Notes: generated from the letters alone by a model not told the origin. A DNA stretch of 64,000 bases from Planctomycetaceae bacterium (GCA_021732845.1 JAKFUF010000003.1:1-64000), one strand, 5' to 3'. Shown: positions 47,922 to 57,247, counted from the first letter of the stretch. Program-made: numbers and translations.

Positions 47922-50200
47922 GCCTTCCCATTGCTCGCCGTGGTGTTCCGCACTTCTCCGAGCAAACCTTCCTGCAGCATTGCCTGCACGAACTTGCGGG
48001 CCAGAGGCCCCGCGACGTGGCCGCCGGATCCGGCATGCTCCAGGACGACCACGAATGCCACGCGGGGCTTGCCCGCCGGTGCGTAACCCGCAAACCAAGC
48101 GTGATCTGGGCGATTGCCGCCTGTCTCGGCAGTTCCGGTCTTCCCGGCAATCGCCACTTCACTCATTCGCACTGTCTTATAGGCCGTGCCCTGCGGGTGA
48201 GCCACAACTTGTTGGAGTCCGTGTTGCACCCAACTCAGCGTCCGTTGGGACAGGCCCGCGATCGGCGTTGCATCCGTCGGCATGCTCATCCCCGTGGTGG
48301 CATCATCATTGTCTTCAATCACGCTCAGGCCCCGCTTCTCAACAATGTGCGGGGTGACCAGTTTGCCGCCGTTGGAGATCGCCGCCATCATCCGGGCAAT
48401 CTGCAGCGGCGTGACTGTGAGCCGTGCCTGGCCAATCGACAACAACAGTGTCTCACCCAACCCGCTTCCATGCCGACTGGTGGGTGCGGCCGGAAGATTT
48501 CCCGCTCGCTCATCCGGCAGGTCGACCCCCGTTCGCTGGCCAAAACCAAAGCGCCCCGCCCAGTCAACAATTGGGCCACCCCCGACTCTCCGCGCACCGG
48601 AAAAGAAATAGACGTTGCACGACTTGGCCAGGGCGTCAACCAGTCGAACCTCGTTGTGTCCGGTCTTGAAGCGGCGGAAGATCTGGCACCGGAACTGGTC
48701 CGGCCGGTCGAGAAAACCCTGGCAATGGAATGCCTGCTCGGGGTCGATTTGCCCGCTTTCGAGGAAAGCCACGGCGGTGAGGGCTTTGAACACCGAACCG
48801 GGCGGCATGGGGACACGCGTGGCCCGGTCAATAAACGGCGAGCGTGGGTCGGCCAGTGTCTGCCGGAGTAGTTCCTGATTCTCGGGCGCATAGAGATTCA
48901 AGTCGAACCGTGGCCCGGACGCCGATGCCAGGATTCCACCCGTGCGGACATCGATCGCCAGCAGACACCCGCCGCGCGGAATCGGCAGTGGCTCTTTCGT
49001 GATCGGATCCACGGCCGGGGTCGTCAGCAGTTCGTCCAGCAACCCCTCGGCCATTTGCTGCAGGTTCAAATTGACCGACAGCGTCACGTCCTGCCCCACC
49101 CGTGGCTCACGCAACACCTCGGTCTTGATCACTTCTCCCCGCCGGTTGAGCGTGAGTTGCCGCTGCCCGCGCAGACCGCGGATCAGGTGGTCGTACGTCT
49201 TTTCGACACCCGTCAGGCCGATGCGGTCGCCCGCCTGATAGTCGAGCGGGTCGCCTTCGGGAAACCGCTGTTGGCGGCTCTCAAGTGCCTTGTCATCCGC
49301 TTTGCGGAAGCCCACGAGGTGCGGAGCCACGTGGCTCAGCGGATACACCCGCCGCGTTCCCGCCGAAATTCGGGTACCAGGATACTGCTGATTGCGGGTC
49401 TCGATGGCGGTGGCAATTTCCAGCGGCAGTTCCTCGATCAGCGGGTGGTAACTGCGTTCTTCCTGCATCACCAGTGGCTCAACTTCCTCCCGCCGTGGCG
49501 GCGTGGTCAGCGTTTCTTTCACAGTGTGCCACGCCTGTTGCCACAAGGGGGCATCCGCCGGCAACTCTGGTCGAGCCGCCGCCTGAGCCTCATTCTCACG
49601 TTCGGTCCGACGGCGTTCTGCGGAGGCACGGATTTTTTCGACGCGCTTCTGAATGTCACCGCGGGTTTTGTTGAGTTGCGCTATGGACACGCCGGTGGAT
49701 TCTGCCAGCCGCTGCCAGAGTTTCTCGCGGCGTTCCAAGACCCGTTCCACCTCGGCCCGCACGAGTTCGGGCTTGCGACGTTCTCCGCGTTCGAGGGCGG
49801 CGAAGGCCTGTTGTTTGAGCCACGCCGGGTTGGGAGGCTCTTCGATCCACCGGTAGTGAACCTGCAGGCCGAGAACCGGCACGTCCTGCGCCAGGATTTC
49901 GCCGCCAGCCGCCAGAATGCGACCGTCAGAACTGGCGATCGACTCCAGCCGCGTTTCCGTCTGCTCAAACGCGGCGGCATACTCTTCGGTGAGCGAGCCC
50001 TGCACCCATGCCAACCGCGTTCCGATCGTGGCCAGTGCTACAACCAATCCGGCAAACAGCAGGCTCAGCCGCAGGCCCGGAGAACGATCCGTGTCCCACC
50101 CGTTGTCGGGGGACGGATCGTCTTGCCAGGAAAGATTTGCACGGTTTTGCATGGACTTGGAGGCTTGGTCAGTCGTCCTCTGAGGGTGTTTCTGGAGCAT
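47900..50200 (-). CDS. mrdA: penicillin-binding protein 2 (class B transpeptidase, MrdA/PBP2)
   Basis: PPGSVFK (SxxK); SCNVYFF (SxN); KTGTAE (KTG); position after mreCD. Confidence 0.9.
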   Translation of the reverse strand: MLQKHPQRTTDQASKSMQNRANLSWQDDPSPDNGWDTDRSPGLRLSLLFAGLVVALATIGTRLAWVQGSLTEEYAAAFEQTETRLESIASSDGRILAAGGEILAQDVPVLGLQVHYRWIEEPPNPAWLKQQAFAALERGERRKPELVRAEVERVLERREKLWQRLAESTGVSIAQLNKTRGDIQKRVEKIRASAERRRTERENEAQAAARPELPADAPLWQQAWHTVKETLTTPPRREEVEPLVMQEERSYHPLIEELPLEIATAIETRNQQYPGTRISAGTRRVYPLSHVAPHLVGFRKADDKALESRQQRFPEGDPLDYQAGDRIGLTGVEKTYDHLIRGLRGQRQLTLNRRGEVIKTEVLREPRVGQDVTLSVNLNLQQMAEGLLDELLTTPAVDPITKEPLPIPRGGCLLAIDVRTGGILASASGPRFDLNLYAPENQELLRQTLADPRSPFIDRATRVPMPPGSVFKALTAVAFLESGQIDPEQAFHCQGFLDRPDQFRCQIFRRFKTGHNEVRLVDALAKSCNVYFFSGARRVGGGPIVDWAGRFGFGQRTGVDLPDERAGNLPAAPTSRHGSGLGETLLLSIGQARLTVTPLQIARMMAAISNGGKLVTPHIVEKRGLSVIEDNDDATTGMSMPTDATPIAGLSQRTLSWVQHGLQQVVAHPQGTAYKTVRMSEVAIAGKTGTAETGGNRPDHAWFAGYAPAGKPRVAFVVVLEHAGSGGHVAGPLARKFVQAMLQEGLLGEVRNTTASNGKAQMTNDK

Positions 50201-51185
50201 TCTGCAGGTAGAATTCGTGCAGCTTCGCCTGCAGCAATTTCTTGTCCGGGAGCTGCGTCTGATACTCGGCGATGAGTGTTGGGGAGAGCGACCGGCTCAG
50301 CGCATATTCCACGACTTCAGCGTCCTTGCTGGCGCACAGCAGCACGCCGATGGACGGTCGTTCGTGTGGCTTCTTTATGTCTCGGTCGAGTGCTTCCAGA
50401 TAGAAGTTCAACTTGCCGAGATACTCGGGTTCAAACCGCCCCACTTTCAGCTCAAAATCAATCAGGCAATTCAGTCCACGATGAAAGAACAGCAGGTCCA
50501 CAGAGAAGTCGCGCCCGCCCACCTGCAGCGGCACTTCGGAACCGATGAAGCAAAAATCCCGCCCCAGCTCAATCAGGAAGTCCTTCAATTTGTGCAAAAG
50601 CGCCCTCTGCAAGTCCGGCTCGGCATGCCCCGCCGGAAGTTCGAGGAACTCCAACAGGTATGCGTCCTTAAAGACTTGCAGGGCTTCGGGATGCAATTGT
50701 CTCACCAGTGGTGAGACAATTGGCGGAGTCAAAACGGTGCGTTCGAACAGCGCCGCCTTGAACTGACGTTCCAGTTCTCTTTTGCTCCAGTTCTCTTTTA
50801 CTGCGACACGCAAGTAGAATTCCCGCTCCTCGGCGCGCTTGCTCTGGCTGAGGATGATCAGATTATGAGTCCAGGGCAATTGTCTCAGCAACGCTGAGAC
50901 AATTGGCTGGTTTCGATAGGTTTCGTAGAACTGCCGCATGCGAAACAGGTTAGGGCGAGTGAAGCCGCGGAGTGCTGGTTGCGTTTGCGCCAGGTGATCG
51001 GCGAGCTGCTTGACGACCCCATCGCCCCATTCGGCGTTTTCAATCTTGTGGCTGATGTACTCGCCGACCTGCCAGTACAGGTCGATGAGCGTCGTGTTGA
51101 CCGTTTGAAAGGCCCGCTGCCGGGCGGAAACAATCAGTTCAACGACTTCGCCAAATCCCAGATCGGGGACCAGTGACCCGCTCAT
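50169..51185 (-). CDS. YhcG/DUF1016 family PD-(D/E)XK nuclease-domain protein
   Basis: N-terminal DUF1016-like helical region (LLRQLPWTHNLIIL); C-terminal FIGSEVPLQVGGRDFSVDLLFFHRGLNCLIDFELK nuclease core. Overlaps the PBP2 start by 32 nt. Confidence 0.85.
   Translation of the reverse strand: MSGSLVPDLGFGEVVELIVSARQRAFQTVNTTLIDLYWQVGEYISHKIENAEWGDGVVKQLADHLAQTQPALRGFTRPNLFRMRQFYETYRNQPIVSALLRQLPWTHNLIILSQSKRAEEREFYLRVAVKENWSKRELERQFKAALFERTVLTPPIVSPLVRQLHPEALQVFKDAYLLEFLELPAGHAEPDLQRALLHKLKDFLIELGRDFCFIGSEVPLQVGGRDFSVDLLFFHRGLNCLIDFELKVGRFEPEYLGKLNFYLEALDRDIKKPHERPSIGVLLCASKDAEVVEYALSRSLSPTLIAEYQTQLPDKKLLQAKLHEFYLQNAPETPSEDD
50694..50905. repeat. two perfect 29-bp palindromes CAATTG-N7-N3-N7'-CAATTG inside the YhcG CDS (50694-50722 and 50877-50905)
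   Basis: CAATTGTCTCACCAGTGGTGAGACAATTG (one central mismatch) and CAATTGTCTCAGCAACGCTGAGACAATTG. They encode IVSPLVRQL and IVSALLRQL on the gene strand. Confidence 0.8.
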
Positions 51186-51232
51186 CTTTACAAGCTCCGT
51201 TGGTCAATTTCAGTGATCAAGCAGACACCGAG

Positions 51233-51320
51233 GTGAATGACCCAATGAATCAATGACCAATGAGTTGTTTGATCAGCGTCGCATCACAATATTGGACATT
51301 GGGTCATTGGGTCATTGCGA
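51233..51320. repeat. inverted arrays of AATGACC / GGTCATT heptamers flanking a short spacer
   Basis: GTGAATGACCCAATGAATCAATGACCAATGAG ... CATTGGGTCATTGGGTCATTGCG, immediately upstream of the YhcG start. Confidence 0.6.
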
Positions 51321-51326
51321 AGCCAG

Positions 51327-51494
51327 CCAGTGGTGACACAATTACCAAGAGTTTGCAAATCGTCTCATCTTTCAATTGTGACAGCAGTGCTGACACAATT
51401 GCATCTTATTGCTGTGAATGTCGTTATGATTTGTTGCACTGCTTGTTGAGGCAGCAACTGTCCGCCAATTGTCTCGCCAGCGGTGAGACAATTG
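51327..51494. repeat. two degenerate 29-bp copies of the same palindrome (51373-51401, 51466-51494) plus a half-site (51327-51346) in the AT-rich leader upstream of the YhcG gene
   Basis: CAATTGTGACAGCAGTGCTGACACAATTG and CAATTGTCTCGCCAGCGGTGAGACAATTG; CCAGTGGTGACACAATTACC half copy. Confidence 0.75.
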
Positions 51495-51507
51495 GCAGCT
51501 TTCGCTG

Positions 51508-52056
51508 TCACCCCGTCAGCATTCGCCATCGGTTCGAAACGTCTTCCGTGTTTCGACGCACATGCTGGGCCACGGGCTCCCCGCGGATTATCGCCACACA
51601 TCCAGCGGCGACCACTGCCGAGACCATCGCCGTTTTCCAAGCGGCGGCGTTCAAAACGGCCAGCGCGGGCTCAGGCTGACCCGCCAAAACCGCCTTCAGA
51701 ACCTCGCAGCCACAAAGTTCCAACCCGATCAGCAAAACGCTGCTAAGTCCCACAAGCACAGGATGCGACAATCCGCGGTTGTGACGCATCGCCTGCACAC
51801 CACTGGCAATCAGCAGGCAACCCAGCAGGTGACAGCCCAAGCGGTCCTCTCCGGCCAAGTCCAGCAAAATGCCCCACGAACTGGCCCAGAGGATTCCCTC
51901 AACCGAGGGCAAACGCCAAACGGCGACGACGGTGGCAGACAGCACCAGATGCGGCATCGCCCACATGGGGATGAAATCCCCCAGAGTCGTCTGCAGGACG
52001 AAAAGGAGATACGTCAGGGGGAGGAAAGCGATCCAGCGCATTTCAGTCCCCCCCAC
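51508..52056 (-). CDS. mreD: rod shape-determining protein MreD (by position and topology)
   Basis: Small polytopic membrane protein directly after mreC. The start may be at 52041. Confidence 0.6.
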   Translation of the reverse strand: MGGTEMRWIAFLPLTYLLFVLQTTLGDFIPMWAMPHLVLSATVVAVWRLPSVEGILWASSWGILLDLAGEDRLGCHLLGCLLIASGVQAMRHNRGLSHPVLVGLSSVLLIGLELCGCEVLKAVLAGQPEPALAVLNAAAWKTAMVSAVVAAGCVAIIRGEPVAQHVRRNTEDVSNRWRMLTG

Positions 52057-52065
52057 TCACGAACA

Positions 52066-52989
52066 TCAGGGATTCGACGTGACCCGCGCGGGGTTCAAGC
52101 GTGTCCGCACGATAGCCACTGTCTTTAGATGCTCCGGCGCAGCGGGCTTGATCCAGATTTTCCATTCCAGCGCTCCGTCCGGCAGTTCGGTCCGCACCAC
52201 CGTTCCATACACCTGCGGGGCGGGAGTGTCTTCGTTCTCTCCCGTTACGACAAGATCGCCTTCGCTGACCGGTTCGGTGGCGGGAATGCGCATCAGGCGA
52301 CATTCGGCCGTGCCATCGCCCAGGACGACGCCAGCGGCTCCGTACTGCGTCCCTGTTGATGTCTGGCGGGCCAGCCGCGCGGCACCGGTGAACTCGGGGT
52401 CGGTCACGCGGCACAGCGTACTGCTGAAATGTCCCACCCGGGCGACTTTGCCGACGACGGTCCCACCGGCGAAAACCGGCATGTCAGCTTCCACACCCTG
52501 GTTCTCACCCTGATCCAACAGCGCCCGTGGATCCTCAATGACCAGCGCCAACTCCCGCACTCCGGCGTGGCTTCCACCCGCCAGCGTCGGCCGCGATCGC
52601 CAATGCTCGGCAGCCGACTGATTCAGCACCTGCACCTGAATTGCGTCCGTCGTGTAGAGCGCCGGAGGCACTTCGAAGTTGAGCAGTCCAGCCGCCTGCC
52701 GGGCCGCACGCAATGAGTTCTGCAGTTCCGCCTCGCGCACGAGCCATTGCCGCTCGCGGCGTTCGAGGAGTTCCGGTGTTAGGCGATCCTTGGCAGGCGA
52801 CACGCTGGACCTGCCCGCGATCTGCCGCCGTCCCACATCGAGCAGCGATGCAACCGCCCGCTGCCCGGGAACCAGCAGATCGCGCAGGGCCGCGCGGACG
52901 GGGACAAACAATTCCGGTGGCGACAGCAGCAGGGTGATCGCGATCAGGGTGCTGAGTGCGATCACCCAAGGAGTGTTGGTAGAGGTCAT
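52066..52989 (-). CDS. mreC: rod shape-determining protein MreC
   Basis: N-terminal TM helix, coiled coil, then GTVVGKVARVGHFSSTLCRVTDPEFTGAARL beta-domain motif typical of MreC. Confidence 0.8.
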   Translation of the reverse strand: MTSTNTPWVIALSTLIAITLLLSPPELFVPVRAALRDLLVPGQRAVASLLDVGRRQIAGRSSVSPAKDRLTPELLERRERQWLVREAELQNSLRAARQAAGLLNFEVPPALYTTDAIQVQVLNQSAAEHWRSRPTLAGGSHAGVRELALVIEDPRALLDQGENQGVEADMPVFAGGTVVGKVARVGHFSSTLCRVTDPEFTGAARLARQTSTGTQYGAAGVVLGDGTAECRLMRIPATEPVSEGDLVVTGENEDTPAPQVYGTVVRTELPDGALEWKIWIKPAAPEHLKTVAIVRTRLNPARVTSNP

Positions 52990-53007
52990 GATGGCAACTG
53001 CGGGGGG

Positions 53008-53910
53008 CTACTTTGGAACTTCGCGGTCCCAGTCAATCGGCTGACCATCCGCCGGATCCGCCAGCTTCAGGGCGACGTCTGGGGCAATGGTGTTGCGAAC
53101 CGCCTTGACCGAGCCGTCGGCCATGAGCACCAGGGCGATACCGCCGTAGGGCGCACCAAACGCCTGCGGCCCGCCGCCAAATCCCAGAGCACCGTCACGG
53201 TGGTTCATGGGATTTCCCCAAGGCAGGAAGCCGTCCGTGATGGTGCCTGCCAGCATGGTGTTCGAGCCACCATCCAGCAGTTCGGAAAAGGTTGTCAATT
53301 TACTGTCAGTAATGACGCGAGAATTCGCCGCGTAAAAGGCGAGCGCATATCCGCTCGCGTCGGTGTTCATCTTCGCACTCGGGTTGAGATAGTTCGCCAC
53401 GACGGTCTTGAAGGCGTTGCCCTGCAAGGGATCCGTCCATTCTGCCTTGCGGTTAATCGAATTGTAGAGCCCCATCTGATCCACGTACGGGAGCAGATCC
53501 GTCATCCAAGCCTGCGGTGTCTCGCCATGGTAGGGTTCGGCGACGGTCCCCAGCGGGGGGAAATGGGAATGGGTGTCATGAAAATTGTGCAAGCCCAAAC
53601 CCATCCGCTGCAGCCGGGACTTTGTCTCATTGCGGCTTGCGGCCGAAAGGGAATCATCAAGAGCTGGTGAGGAATTGGTCCCGCCCCCGCCTGCCATGCT
53701 GCGCTCCTGGGCGCGGCGGGCCGCTTCCCGTGCTTCTTTAAATGCCTGGACGCCCACAAAGACAACTCCGCCGCACATCGCAAGGACGACCACCACGACC
53801 ACACCGCTGACAATCATCCGGATCACGCCCGGAGAGATCGACGGACTCTGTCGCTTCTTGGATTTCTTTTTCGCCATCTCAAGTCTCACTTTCAATTTGA
53901 CAGGCTTCAT
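53008..53910 (-). CDS. DUF1559 (H-X9-DG) domain protein lacking the usual prepilin-type N-terminus (TM anchor instead)
   Basis: LHNFHDTHSHFPP ... ALVLMADGSVKAV C-terminal H-X9-DG signature; Lys-rich N-terminus plus TM helix. Confidence 0.7.
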   Translation of the reverse strand: MKPVKLKVRLEMAKKKSKKRQSPSISPGVIRMIVSGVVVVVVLAMCGGVVFVGVQAFKEAREAARRAQERSMAGGGGTNSSPALDDSLSAASRNETKSRLQRMGLGLHNFHDTHSHFPPLGTVAEPYHGETPQAWMTDLLPYVDQMGLYNSINRKAEWTDPLQGNAFKTVVANYLNPSAKMNTDASGYALAFYAANSRVITDSKLTTFSELLDGGSNTMLAGTITDGFLPWGNPMNHRDGALGFGGGPQAFGAPYGGIALVLMADGSVKAVRNTIAPDVALKLADPADGQPIDWDREVPK

Positions 53911-53963
53911 GGAAGAGGATCATGAGCATGGCGAATGCTGGCCCATGTCTCGGTGTTCAGACA

Positions 53964-55010
53964 TCATAAGTCTTCCCCGCTATCCAGGCTGTCGCGCCAG
54001 CCGGACAGGTGTTCCAGGCAGATCGATGTTCCACGGGCGACGGTCGTCAGCGGGTCGTCGGCCACCCGGACGGGAATATTGAGCTGCTCAGTCATCCAGA
54101 CATCCAGGCTGCGCACGAGGGCGCCGCCGCCAGTGAGCACCATGCCGTTGTCGACGAGGTCCGCCACCAGTTCCGGGTCGCACTGTTCGATCGCGGACTT
54201 GACGCAGTTCAAAATCGCCAGCAGGGGCTCATGCAGGGCGATGCGGATCTCCTCGCTGGTGACAATCGCCTTGCGGGGCACGCCGCTCACGGTGTCGCGG
54301 CCGCGAACTTCCGCGGTCAACTCCTGATCGAGTGCCGCAGCAGCGCCAATCTCAAACTTGATCTGTTCAGCGGTCTGAGTACCGATCCGCAGCGAGTAAT
54401 GCTGCTTCATGAATTCAACGATGGCCTCGTCCATTTCGTCGCCGGCGACGCGGATCGACTTGCCCACCACGATGTCCGCGAGGCTGAAAATCGCCACGTC
54501 CGTAGTGCCGCCGCCAATGTCACAGACCATGCTGGCCATCGGCTCGGCGATCGGCAACCCGGCACCAATCCCAGCCGCCTTGGACTCCGGGATCAGATAC
54601 ACACGACCGGCACCCGCCCGCTCGGCACTGTTGAACACCGCCCGCTTTTCGACCGGAGTGATGCTCCCCGGTACGGCGATCACGACGCGTGGACGCAGCC
54701 CGTGCGTGTTGCGAACAGCCTTGCGGATGAAGTACCGCAGCATCGCTTCGCACAGCTCGAAATCGGTGATCACACCGTCCTGCAGGGGACGCACGGCGGT
54801 GATCGAGTCAGGCGTGCGGCCGAGCATTTGCTTGGCCAGCTTGCCGACGGCCGTACCGCGACCGAGAACCTTTCGCGTCCCCTTTTGCAGGGCGACGACG
54901 GAGGGCTCATCGACAACAATCCCGATCCCCTGAATGGCAATCAGCGTGTTGGCTGTCCCCAGATCGATCGCCAGATCGGGGCACAACCATTGCCGGACGC
55001 GGTTGAACAT
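53964..55010 (-). CDS. mreB: rod shape-determining protein MreB (actin homologue)
   Basis: DLAIDLGTANTLIA; VCDIGGGTTDVAI; high conservation throughout. Confidence 0.95.
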   Translation of the reverse strand: MFNRVRQWLCPDLAIDLGTANTLIAIQGIGIVVDEPSVVALQKGTRKVLGRGTAVGKLAKQMLGRTPDSITAVRPLQDGVITDFELCEAMLRYFIRKAVRNTHGLRPRVVIAVPGSITPVEKRAVFNSAERAGAGRVYLIPESKAAGIGAGLPIAEPMASMVCDIGGGTTDVAIFSLADIVVGKSIRVAGDEMDEAIVEFMKQHYSLRIGTQTAEQIKFEIGAAAALDQELTAEVRGRDTVSGVPRKAIVTSEEIRIALHEPLLAILNCVKSAIEQCDPELVADLVDNGMVLTGGGALVRSLDVWMTEQLNIPVRVADDPLTTVARGTSICLEHLSGWRDSLDSGEDL

Positions 55011-55133
55011 CCTGTCTCAAGTGCGTGGCCCAGCCCGCGCAGCCTGCGCAGGCACCAGTTTCGGACGCGGGTTATATCGCTCAGCAGGAATCTCGAAAAG
55101 CCGAATGCCAGCCACCGTTCAGGCTAACTCCCG

Positions 55134-55859
55134 TCAGCCAGTCGCGATTTTACCGGTTCGCTCAATTGTCAGTTCGGCAACGCGGGTGGCTCCCACCAGT
55201 TCGATGGCCGTCTGCAGGCCCACAAGGCGGCCGGTCATGCGCTGTGAGTGATGGGTGTCCGAAGCGAGGAGGTCATAGAGGCCCGCCTTGAGCCACGTCT
55301 GGCTGAGCCACTGCGACTGGTCACCCTCTCCCCCAGAGAGACAGTTGAGATTTCCCTGCAGCCACACCCCCCGCTCGGAAAGTGTGGCAACGAGTTGCTC
55401 CAAATCTTTGACGGGCAGCTTCATCCGTTCGGGGTGAGCGAGGATTGGCTGGTACCCCTCCGCCTGCAGCCGGTTGATGACTTCGTCCGCAAAGGCTGGC
55501 CAGGAGTCGCCCCAATAGTCCACCAGCACAGCATTGCTGGCCCCCAGCGTCGGTACGCCGTGCTGCTCGAAGGTGTCCCAGTTGTCGGGTGCCAGCGTGA
55601 CTTCGCCGCCCGCCCACAACTGATAATGCAGCCCCTCGCCGTTCACCGCCTCCTGGAGTGCATCCACCCACTCGCGAATTCTTGTCGGCGTATTGAGCGG
55701 AAACGTCCGTGGCAGGATGTGCGGGGTGCAGATCGTCCCCGCGTAGCCTGCGGCAATGAACTGCCGGACGCAGGTCAGGGAATCCGCCAAGTCCGGGCAA
55801 CCATCATCAATCCCCGGCAGGATGTGGCTGTGTGTGTCAATGCGTCCACGAGTGTTCAT
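55134..55859 (-). CDS. PHP-family protein-tyrosine phosphatase (CpsB/YwqE-like)
   Basis: IDTHSHILPGIDDG N-terminal metal-binding motif; ~240 aa; C-terminal DTHH. Confidence 0.8.
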   Translation of the reverse strand: MNTRGRIDTHSHILPGIDDGCPDLADSLTCVRQFIAAGYAGTICTPHILPRTFPLNTPTRIREWVDALQEAVNGEGLHYQLWAGGEVTLAPDNWDTFEQHGVPTLGASNAVLVDYWGDSWPAFADEVINRLQAEGYQPILAHPERMKLPVKDLEQLVATLSERGVWLQGNLNCLSGGEGDQSQWLSQTWLKAGLYDLLASDTHHSQRMTGRLVGLQTAIELVGATRVAELTIERTGKIATG

Positions 55860-55900
55860 GCGGCAGCAGGCGTTCGGTTTGAGTCGGTAAGCGGGCAATT

Positions 55901-57109
55901 TCAGTTCGTGACCAACTGCGTCAGCTTCGCAGGGGTGGCTTCGCCGAGCAAGAGGCGTTCGAGGTACGGCTGATCCAGCCCCAGCACTCCCTTGTATGCA
56001 GTGAATTCCGCCTGATGCTGGGCGAGGACCGTGGCTGGAATGGATGTTTTCACGGCCCGCAGCAGAATGTTTTTGGGCGTGTGCTCCATGTCGATGAACT
56101 CGACCACCTGCGTTCGGTAGCCCTGCAGAGTCAGCAGCATCGCCCGCATGGCATCCGTGGCCAGTGCCGCGAATCGTTCCCGCAACAGCCCGTGGCTCAA
56201 CAAGGGAGCCAGTGCCGGGTTCGCAATCTGCGGGGCAAATTCGTGCTGACAGCAGGGAACCGCCAAGATCACGCCACACCCCCAACGCACGGCCTGCGCC
56301 AGGGCATCGTCGGTGGCGGTGTCGCACGCATGCAGGGACACCGACAGGTCGACACCGCCGGTTGCCTCCCAATCGGCGATCGCCCCGGTGTGGAATTCCA
56401 GACCTGCGCAACCCAGCCGCTTCGCCAGGACATTGCAGTCGCGAATGACCTCGCCCTTCAAGTCGAGCCCCACCATCGACACGGTTCGGCCGTGAATATT
56501 GGTCAACAGGTGGTGCAGGGCAAACGTCAACGAACTCTTCCCGCAGCCGAAATCGACGATCCGCAGTTCCCGATCGGCTGGAAGTTCTGGGACAATATCA
56601 TTGACCAGCTCAAGAAAGCGGTTGATCTGCCGGAACTTATGGTACATCGCCGAGCGGACCCGGCCTTCGGCGGTCATGACGCCGATCGCTTCGAGGAACG
56701 GGCACGGCGTGTTCTCGGCAAGCAAATATTGCTTGCTCCGATTATGGCTCTCTGCCTGTGGCTGTTTCGCTTTGGAAGGTGGGCGACGGTGCGTCTTGAA
56801 CGAGCCATCGGACCGGCGATGCAATGTCCAGTCGGCGTCGGTGGTAAACAGCGCCGCCTGATCGAAATCATTGAGCAACAGGGAAATGGCCCGGGTCGCG
56901 GCCGCATCGGGAGCATGGTTTTCATGCAGGGCCTGCGGTCCCCGCTGGCGCGTCAATTGATACTGAAAAGACGTCCCAAGTTTGACCGGCCGAAACGTCG
57001 CCTTCTCGATTTCGCTTCCCTTGATCCGTGGCTGGCTTAGCACCAGCGACAAGGCCGACCGCGTGCGCAGTGCCTCACGCACGATCTCTGCGGGGTCGGC
57101 ATCATTCAT
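55901..57109 (-). CDS. class I SAM-dependent methyltransferase (unassigned subfamily)
   Basis: RIVDFGCGKSSLTFAL (motif I) and LDLKGEV acidic residue; long N-terminal extension. Confidence 0.6.
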   Translation of the reverse strand: MNDADPAEIVREALRTRSALSLVLSQPRIKGSEIEKATFRPVKLGTSFQYQLTRQRGPQALHENHAPDAAATRAISLLLNDFDQAALFTTDADWTLHRRSDGSFKTHRRPPSKAKQPQAESHNRSKQYLLAENTPCPFLEAIGVMTAEGRVRSAMYHKFRQINRFLELVNDIVPELPADRELRIVDFGCGKSSLTFALHHLLTNIHGRTVSMVGLDLKGEVIRDCNVLAKRLGCAGLEFHTGAIADWEATGGVDLSVSLHACDTATDDALAQAVRWGCGVILAVPCCQHEFAPQIANPALAPLLSHGLLRERFAALATDAMRAMLLTLQGYRTQVVEFIDMEHTPKNILLRAVKTSIPATVLAQHQAEFTAYKGVLGLDQPYLERLLLGEATPAKLTQLVTN

Positions 57110-57247
57110 GACGGGGACTTTGGGGGATGGACAGGGAACTCATCAGCATTTCAAGCGACCCTGCAATTCCGTAGAAACAAAGACAGCCCGCACGGCAAAT
57201 GCCATGCGAGCCTGTGGAACGTGAAGCAACCGCCGTGGCGCTAAAAA

